Below are positions 57,567-64,000 of a DNA stretch of 64,000 nt, in pieces. Within the stretch, counting starts at the first letter, position 1; the number at the start of each line of letters is the position of its first letter. Location of the stretch: NCBI GenBank assembly GCA_032161105.1, contig JAVHTD010000001.1; one strand, given 5' to 3'. Source of the stretch: Candidatus Thermosaccharophagus tengchongensis. GTDB lineage: Bacteria > Armatimonadota > Fervidibacteria > Fervidibacterales > Thermosaccharophagaceae. The notes below the pieces were generated by a model. The model saw nothing but the letters and a program-made list of their open reading frames with translations. It ran no database searches and was not told the DNA's origin. The translations under genes and the position numbers were made by a program.

Positions 57567-60017
57567 ATGCCGAAGATGATGCGTTATCAAACAACCATCA
57601 AGCAGTGGCACTGCCTTTCGCTTTATGGCGTGCTCGGATTTTGCTCAATGATTGTTCAGGCAATTTTCGTCCGCGAGTTTCTGGCTGTCATCTACGGGAC
57701 GGAGCTCTCGCTCGGCATCCTATTTGCATCTTGGCTGCTTTGGATAGCTATTGGTGCAGAGCTTGGCGCATACATTGCTCCGAGGGTGAAAAACCCAATA
57801 TTTTCATTTTCGCTCTGGCTGCTCATAGTCGGCTGTCTTCTGCCGGCTCAGATTGCGTTCATACGCTCAATGCACATCATCCTGCGAACCCCACCGGGTG
57901 AATTGCCGTCACCGTTATCAACCGCACTGTATGTGCTCCTTGCGTTGTCCCCATTCAGCCTCGCCATCGGGTTTACATTCCCATTGGGTGTGCGCATGTA
58001 TCGCACATTGGGTCAAACAACTGCGCGCCCCGTTGCTCTGATTTATGCGGTTGAAGCCCTCGGAAGCTTGCTTGGCGGATGCGCATTCTCGTTCTTGCTT
58101 GTGCGCATCATGCCGGCGTGCGCTCTAATCGCGCTCGTATCGTGCTTGCTTTGTGGCGCGTCAGCAAGCCTGCTCTATTGCATTGCGGGCAACAGGCTGC
58201 TCAAATTCTCACTCCCCACCGCAGCATTGCTTCCGGCGTTAATTCAGGCATCACTTGCGCCGCAGCTTGAGCGAACCCTAACGGTGTTGCGCTGGAACTC
58301 GTATGGGACGGGAAACGAGCTTGTCCTCAGCATGGATTCTCCATATCAAAACATCGCCATTGGGAAGCGGCTGGATCAATACAGCCTGTTTTGCGATGGG
58401 CACTTCATTGCGAGCTTCCCCGATGAGTATGCGAACGCATCGTTGGCGCTGTTGCTTGTTTCGCAAGCCGATAAGCCATCCAGAGTGCTTGTCATAGGTG
58501 GTGGGATTGAGGGTCTGTTGTCACAGTTTGTTGCACTCGGCATCCAGCGAGTTGAATATGTGCAAACTGACCCATGGTTGATTGATGCCGTTACACCGTT
58601 CCTATCACGCCCGGATAAGGAGGCATTGAGCAGCGGCAATGTGATCATATGGCATGCTGATGCAAGGCAATTCATCAGGGAGACCAAAAGGAGCTATGAC
58701 TTGATCTTCCTCAACATCGGTGACCCATCAACTGCTCAGCTCAACCGCTACTACACCGTTGAGTTCTTCGAGCTCGTTCGCAAGCGCTTGAGCAAAAGCG
58801 GTGTCTTCGTGCTGCGCATAACCGGTTCGGAGTCGTATCTTGGCGAGGCGTTGGCATACTATGTCGGCAGCATTTACCACACTGTTAAAGCGTCGTTCAA
58901 GCACATCGCCGTATCCGTCGGAGAGACGATTTTCCTGTTTGCATCGGATCGCGTTAACCTCGTCACGGAGTCGCCCGAGCAATTGATGAGGCGAGCAATT
59001 AACATCACCAAGGGTGCCAGCGTGGGGTCAGTTCGGACAACTTCTCATCACATCTCCGCGCTGACCATGCCACCGCATGTTTTGCTTTCATACTTCCCAC
59101 CGCTTCGCTCCGAGTGGCTGCATGGTGAGATGCGCAATTTAAAGGACAGGATTGGCTCAAGTGGCAGGCTGCTCAATGGCGATCTTCATCCCATGAGCTA
59201 TTTTCATTACCTTCGCCTTTGGTTGCACAAATCGCATCCGCAAGCCATGTTAAAGATTGAAGGCTGGCTCAAGAGGCATTTGAAGTGGCTCCCAATGGCA
59301 GCCGCTCTAATGTTTGTGATGCTACTCCTTGCCGAAGCGCTCACAGCTCAGTTCAAGTTGGCGTTCGGGAAGCGCCCCGCAGGGGCTGTAAAGCGCTCTT
59401 CACTCCTCGCTGCGTCATTTGCGGGGATGAGCGCAATGGGCATGGAGCTTATCTTGCTCATTGCCTTCCAAAGCCTTCATAGCGCCCTTTACCAAATGGT
59501 CGGCGCCCTCGTTGCGATGTTCATGCTCGGCTTATCGCTCGGGAGCATCGCCGCTGGCAGATTGCAAATTCGCGCTCGCGGGCTATTGCAAAGTTGCATC
59601 ATCTTGAGCTGTATCTCCATTCTCATCTCATCGTTTGCTTTCGCAATGCCGCATATGCTTACGCTGATTGCAGCGTGGTTAACTTCAATTCCGTTGCTTT
59701 TGTCATTCCTCCTCCTGCTCATCATCTCCGGCTTCCTTACTGGCGCTGCTTTACCGGCAGCAGTTAGTGCTTACCAAGCGGCTATGGATGAGCAGGATGA
59801 ACTCAGCTTGACGCATTCAGCCGGCAAGGTTGACAGGGCTGACCATCTTGGGGCATCAATTGGTGCTCTCATTGTGCCAGTAGTCCTATTCCCGCTGTTT
59901 GGATTCGGCTTAACCTGCAACATCATTGGGGCGCTCAACCTGCTTGCCGCAATGTTAATCATCTGTTCATCCGTATGCCTGTTGCCATTCAAACGGAGCG
60001 TGGCTAAAGGGGGGTAG
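57567..60017 (+). CDS. membrane protein with central spermidine synthase-like (class I SAM-binding) domain
   Basis: TM bundles flank DSPYQNI, RVLVIGGG, DARQFI, YDLIFLNIGDP and NRYYTVEFF. Confidence 0.82.
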   Translation: MPKMMRYQTTIKQWHCLSLYGVLGFCSMIVQAIFVREFLAVIYGTELSLGILFASWLLWIAIGAELGAYIAPRVKNPIFSFSLWLLIVGCLLPAQIAFIRSMHIILRTPPGELPSPLSTALYVLLALSPFSLAIGFTFPLGVRMYRTLGQTTARPVALIYAVEALGSLLGGCAFSFLLVRIMPACALIALVSCLLCGASASLLYCIAGNRLLKFSLPTAALLPALIQASLAPQLERTLTVLRWNSYGTGNELVLSMDSPYQNIAIGKRLDQYSLFCDGHFIASFPDEYANASLALLLVSQADKPSRVLVIGGGIEGLLSQFVALGIQRVEYVQTDPWLIDAVTPFLSRPDKEALSSGNVIIWHADARQFIRETKRSYDLIFLNIGDPSTAQLNRYYTVEFFELVRKRLSKSGVFVLRITGSESYLGEALAYYVGSIYHTVKASFKHIAVSVGETIFLFASDRVNLVTESPEQLMRRAINITKGASVGSVRTTSHHISALTMPPHVLLSYFPPLRSEWLHGEMRNLKDRIGSSGRLLNGDLHPMSYFHYLRLWLHKSHPQAMLKIEGWLKRHLKWLPMAAALMFVMLLLAEALTAQFKLAFGKRPAGAVKRSSLLAASFAGMSAMGMELILLIAFQSLHSALYQMVGALVAMFMLGLSLGSIAAGRLQIRARGLLQSCIILSCISILISSFAFAMPHMLTLIAAWLTSIPLLLSFLLLLIISGFLTGAALPAAVSAYQAAMDEQDELSLTHSAGKVDRADHLGASIGALIVPVVLFPLFGFGLTCNIIGALNLLAAMLIICSSVCLLPFKRSVAKGG

Positions 60018-60021
60018 CATC

Positions 60022-61176
60022 GTGAGGTTTCTCATAGCGTGCGATTCCTTCAAAGGCAGTGCCACATCAAAGCAGGTTGGGGAGGCGTTGAAAGATGGCA
60101 TCCTGCGCGCAATGCCGCATGCCGAAGTTTTGGTCATACCGGTCGCCGATGGCGGCGAGGGGACTGTGCAAGCGCTCGTTGATGCCACCGATGGCAAGTT
60201 CGTCACCGTGGATGTCACAAACCCGATTGGCGAGAGAGTGAAAGCATCATTCGGCATATTGGGCGATGGTGAGACAGCCGTCATTGAAATGGCTGCTGCA
60301 AGCGGCTTAATGCTAATCCCGCCGGAGAGGCGAAACCCGTGGATCACAACAACATATGGGACTGGTGAGCTCATCAAAGCGGCGCTTGAGCATGGCTGTC
60401 GGAGGATAATCATCGGCATAGGTGGAAGCGCAACAAATGATGCCGGTGCTGGCATGGCACAGGCACTCGGCATCGGTCTGCTTGATGAGGACGGCAATCA
60501 GATTGGCTTTGGCGGCGGCGAGCTATCAAGGCTTTGCCGAATTGATATGAGTGGGCTTGACACAAGGGCGATGGAAGCCGAGTTCATCGTCGCATGTGAT
60601 GTTGACAATCCGCTAACTGGTGAGAAGGGTGCTGCTTATGTGTATGCTCCGCAGAAAGGGGCAACGCCAGACATGGTTCCAAAGCTTGATGCTAACTTGC
60701 GCCACTTCGCAAAAGTGGTGCGAGAGCAACTCGGGGTAGATGTTGAGCATGTTCCGGGGGCTGGTGCAGCTGGCGGGCTCGGTGCCGGTCTGATGGCATT
60801 CCTCGGGGCAAAGTTGCGTCCCGGGACTGAGATCGTTTTTGAGCTTGTTCGGCTTGAGGAGCGAATGAGGGATGCCGACTTGGTCATCACTGGCGAGGGG
60901 CAGATTGATTCACAAACTGCTTTTGGCAAAACGCCGGTTGGCGTCGCTAAGCTTGCAAAGAGGTATGGAAAGCCAGTCATAGCTGTTGCCGGCGCAATCG
61001 GGGATGGGGCTGAGATAGTTCATGCTCACGGGATTGATGCCGTGTTCAGCATCGTCAACCGCCCGATGACTCTTGAAGAGGCGATGGGTGATGTGGTGCA
61101 CCTGCTCACGAGCTTCGGCGAGCAGCTTGGGCGATTGATCTTGGCACTGGGAATCACCACCAAAGGCATGGTGTGA
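60022..61176 (+). CDS. glycerate kinase (GlxK/GarK family)
   Basis: DSFKGS, ADGGEGT, IEMAAASGL, IGGSATNDAG, GAGAAGG, ITGEG. Confidence 0.94.
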   Translation: MRFLIACDSFKGSATSKQVGEALKDGILRAMPHAEVLVIPVADGGEGTVQALVDATDGKFVTVDVTNPIGERVKASFGILGDGETAVIEMAAASGLMLIPPERRNPWITTTYGTGELIKAALEHGCRRIIIGIGGSATNDAGAGMAQALGIGLLDEDGNQIGFGGGELSRLCRIDMSGLDTRAMEAEFIVACDVDNPLTGEKGAAYVYAPQKGATPDMVPKLDANLRHFAKVVREQLGVDVEHVPGAGAAGGLGAGLMAFLGAKLRPGTEIVFELVRLEERMRDADLVITGEGQIDSQTAFGKTPVGVAKLAKRYGKPVIAVAGAIGDGAEIVHAHGIDAVFSIVNRPMTLEEAMGDVVHLLTSFGEQLGRLILALGITTKGMV

Positions 61177-61270
61177 CAGTCGCTTATGCCGGCGGAAAAT
61201 AGCCTTTGGCTTCGCCTTGCCACAGTGAAGTTGCGCCATGGAAATTCAGGGATTGGGGTGAGATGGAACG

Positions 61271-62098
61271 ATGAGGCTTCAGCGTCGGTTTGAGGAGCTG
61301 CGCAGGAATGGTGATGGCGGTTTGATCGTGTTCATAACTGGCGGCGATCCAAATGTTGAGGTGACAATTAGGGCTGCGCTTGAGCTCGCGGATGCGGGCG
61401 TTGATGTGATTGAAATAGGCATACCCTTCTCCGACCCGATTGCCGATGGACCTGTAATTCAGGCATCCTCCGAGAGGGCACTCGCAGCTGGCACCACAAT
61501 ACAATCGCTTTTGTCGGCGGTGAGTGAGATTCGTGAGCACACGGACATACCGCTCATATTCATGAGCTACTTCAACCCAGTGTTGCAATATGGGCTTGAA
61601 CGCTTTGCGATGGATTGTGCATCAGTTGGCGTTGATGGTGTGCTCATAACTGACCTGCCGCCGGAGGAAGCTGGTGAATGGATTGAGGTGGCGAGCCGCT
61701 GCTCAATTGACACCGTCTTCTTGCTTGCGCCAACGAGCACGGATGAGAGGGTTAAGAAAGTAGCACTGGTTTCCACCGGCTTCATCTATTGTGTTTCACG
61801 CACCGGGATAACGGGCGAGAGGGAGAGGTTGCCAAAGGACCTGAGTGAGCTCGTTGGGCGAATAAAGCGTTTCACCGATAAGCCAGTGGCGGTTGGATTC
61901 GGCATATCAAGTCCAGAGCATGTAAGCGCCGTTCTAACTCAAACTGAAGCCGATGCAGTTGTGGTTGGAAGCGCTGTGGTCAGGAGGATGCACGAATGGC
62001 TATCATCGTGTAGGGATGCAGATGCATGGCTCTCATTGCGCCAGTTTGTGGCGTCATTGAAGGAAGCCACATTGAACAAAAAGGCGGAAGCTGAATGA
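61271..62098 (+). CDS. trpA: tryptophan synthase alpha chain
   Basis: EIGIPFSDPIADGPVIQ, MSYFNP, DLPPEE, LLAPTS, VGFGIS, VVGSA. Confidence 0.96.
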   Translation: MRLQRRFEELRRNGDGGLIVFITGGDPNVEVTIRAALELADAGVDVIEIGIPFSDPIADGPVIQASSERALAAGTTIQSLLSAVSEIREHTDIPLIFMSYFNPVLQYGLERFAMDCASVGVDGVLITDLPPEEAGEWIEVASRCSIDTVFLLAPTSTDERVKKVALVSTGFIYCVSRTGITGERERLPKDLSELVGRIKRFTDKPVAVGFGISSPEHVSAVLTQTEADAVVVGSAVVRRMHEWLSSCRDADAWLSLRQFVASLKEATLNKKAEAE

Positions 62099-62109
62099 GG
62101 TGAAAGCAC

Positions 62110-62808
62110 ATGAGCTTAGTGAGGCGCTTGGCTGAGGCAATTGACTTGTCACTGCTTCATCCGACGCTCAAGCGAACCGATATTGAGCGCGCCTGTAAAG
62201 AGGCTGTTGATTGGGGAGTCGCATCTGTGTGCGTATCTCCATGTTGGGTGAGGCTCGCATCGGAGTTAATTGGCGAGTGCGATGTGGCGGTTGGCACCGT
62301 CGTGGGCTTCCCGCTCGGTAGCAGTGAGACATCGGTTAAGGCTTTTGAAGCGAGGCGTGCAATACAAGATGGCGCAACTGAGATTGACATGGTCATGAAC
62401 ATCGGTTTTCTGAAGTCGGGCGACCTTGAATCGCTCCTTGATGACATGAAAGCCGTAGTTGAGGCGGCGCAAGAAGCGTGCGAGTGCGTGCGCGGAAAAA
62501 GAGCCATAGTCAAGGTGATCCTTGAAACCGGCTATTTGGAGAGGGATGAGATTGTGAAGGCTTGCGAAGTTGCGCTTCGTTCTGATGCGGACTTCGTAAA
62601 GACATCCACAGGCTTTGGACCGAGGGGAGCCACCATTGATGATGTGAAGCTGATGCGAAGCGTTGTGGGCAACAGTATGAGGGTGAAAGCGGCTGGCGGG
62701 ATAAGGGCGCTGCGGCAGGCAATTGAGTTTCTCAACGCAGGAGCTGACAGGCTTGGGACAAGTCACGGCATTGCAATCCTTCTTGAGGCTCAACAGAGCT
62801 CGCTCTGA
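62110..62808 (+). CDS. deoC: deoxyribose-phosphate aldolase
   Basis: TVVGFPLG, GATEIDMV, KVILET, DFVKTSTGF, KAAGGIR, RLGTS. Confidence 0.96.
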   Translation: MSLVRRLAEAIDLSLLHPTLKRTDIERACKEAVDWGVASVCVSPCWVRLASELIGECDVAVGTVVGFPLGSSETSVKAFEARRAIQDGATEIDMVMNIGFLKSGDLESLLDDMKAVVEAAQEACECVRGKRAIVKVILETGYLERDEIVKACEVALRSDADFVKTSTGFGPRGATIDDVKLMRSVVGNSMRVKAAGGIRALRQAIEFLNAGADRLGTSHGIAILLEAQQSSL

Positions 62809-62855
62809 GTTGAGGCGCTCATGAGCGAGCATTATTCAAGCGGATTCCGTCAACG

Positions 62856-63065
62856 CTACGCCACCCGCCTCACCGGGATTGAGAAGTAACTCTCGTTTTC
62901 AACCCTTATAGGTTCCTCTGGGGATTCGTAGCGGCGATAGTGGTCTATGCCATAACATTCCTTGCAGACGAGGTTGTGTATCTTGAACGGCAAGCCGAGG
63001 ATTGGTTTCCCACAAACCCTGCAATGGTTCTCTACAACCTTGATTTTGCGAATCGCTGCCACCAT
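62856..63065 (-). CDS. small zinc-finger-like protein (CxxC...CxxC)
   Basis: Strong AAGGAGGGAGGTG RBS, with CRVCGKPI and VCKECY. Confidence 0.75.
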   Translation of the reverse strand: MVAAIRKIKVVENHCRVCGKPILGLPFKIHNLVCKECYGIDHYRRYESPEEPIRVENESYFSIPVRRVA

Positions 63066-63189
63066 GCACTGTTCACCTCCCTCCTTTTGGTGTATTTGAA
63101 CCGCTGCAAAGCCCGATTAAGAGACGACGCCATATCGGCTCACCTCTGACTCCGCAGCGAAGTGTGTTGCTTCCAAATTGGCAATCATA

Positions 63190-63198
63190 ATTTTACCA
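63190..63198 (-). promoter_or_regulatory. extended -10 promoter element TGgTAAAAT
   Basis: Near-consensus TGnTATAAT on the minus strand, about 125 nt upstream of the zinc-finger ORF. Confidence 0.45.
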
Positions 63199-63919
63199 CG
63201 CGCCATATGACGCTTAAAACGGCACTGCAGCAAAGGTGCGCTTTGAAGTTGCAACGCTGCGCCATTTAATCCCTTGAGGTTCGCTTTAAGCGCTACAATG
63301 TGTAGCAGATTGAAGTCTCTCATTTTCCATCGGAGGGATGCACCTCATGCAACTTGCAAGCCTGATCAGCATTGTAAGCGCTGCTTGCAGCGTGCAAGTT
63401 GGTGCATTTATCCTCGCACTCAACCGCGCTGTGGCAAAGCGAACAGAGAACTTCGTGTTTGGCTCGCTTTGCATAACGCTCGGTGCAACAGCATTTTGCT
63501 CCTTCATGTCGTCAGTGGAAACTCAACCTTACGGTGTGCTGATTTGGGTAAGGCTTGAACATGCGCTGCACTTTCTCACTTCGGGCATGTTTGCGCACTT
63601 TATTGCGCTCTACCTCGGGCAAGCCCCGACGCCTTCCCTCACGCGCTTGATGTATGCCGCATGCGTTGTCTTCTCGGTGTTAGCGTTTACGCCCGCCTTC
63701 TTGAGTCTGCCAGAGGATGCTCAAATTCAGGGTTTGCTCGTTTCACTCCGTCCCGGACCGCTCTACGCATCAATGCTATTTGGATTTGCGCTTTGGCTGA
63801 CACCGGCATGGTTTTTGCTCCGCAGGTGGCGGGCAGCATTGAAGAGTGCGGGTGATGTGAGCGCTCCGCAGTCTGATGCGTCATTTGGAGTGCCCCCTTC
63901 TGATGGGGAAGCTAAGCTG

Positions 63920-64000
63920 ATGAGTGAGCTCAGGCTGATGCTGGTTGGTGCGATAGCTGTTGTGACCCTCTGTTGGCTTGACTTCGGCTCGGCGATTTTG
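63920..64000 (+). CDS. possible 5' end of an exported protein, truncated by the window edge
   Basis: ATG at 63920 is open to the edge: MSELRLMLVGAIAVVTLCWLDFGSAIL, signal-peptide-like. Confidence 0.35.
   Translation, partial: MSELRLMLVGAIAVVTLCWLDFGSAIL

Noticed and set aside
57032..57901. 289-aa plus-strand ORF
   Set aside because: Overlaps two better-supported genes, with atypical composition and no motif.
63200..63900. Short ORFs or an ncRNA in the long intergenic stretch
   Set aside because: No convincing RBS or motif, and no RNase P, tmRNA, SRP or T-box signature recognised. An Infernal scan would be needed to exclude an RNA.
1..64000. CRISPR arrays, rRNA, transposases, prophage genes
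   Set aside because: No regularly spaced repeats or recognisable genes of these types were seen.

Overview
A gene-dense chromosomal window from a probably diderm bacterium. The gene content (GHL10-type hydrolase, DUF6785-like membrane protein, carboxypeptidase-regulatory-like lipoproteins, CsaB, LptC/LptA-like protein) suggests Armatimonadota, possibly a thermophile; this placement is inference. Housekeeping genes include recG (partial), tRNA-Met, accB, hom, thrC, purC, tatC, grpE, dnaJ, gyrA, archease, glycerate kinase, trpA and deoC, interspersed with carbohydrate-active and envelope genes. I saw no CRISPR array, rRNA, integrase or transposase. The best candidate for an undescribed system is a 12-kb co-oriented envelope cluster (36243-48358): a giant beta-barrel-like protein with two SprA-like repeats, four predicted lipoproteins, a zincin-like protein lacking its catalytic Glu, and an LptC-LptA-like fusion. 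Other points of interest are a KaiC-like signalling module, a divergent ribosomal protein S9-like ORF, a degenerate ApgM-family gene in the thr cluster, a GTAG-type REP doublet with compensatory base changes, a MEMO1 protein facing a spermidine-synthase-like gene, and apparent avoidance of several 4-bp palindromes. All family assignments come from motif recognition by eye, not database searches.
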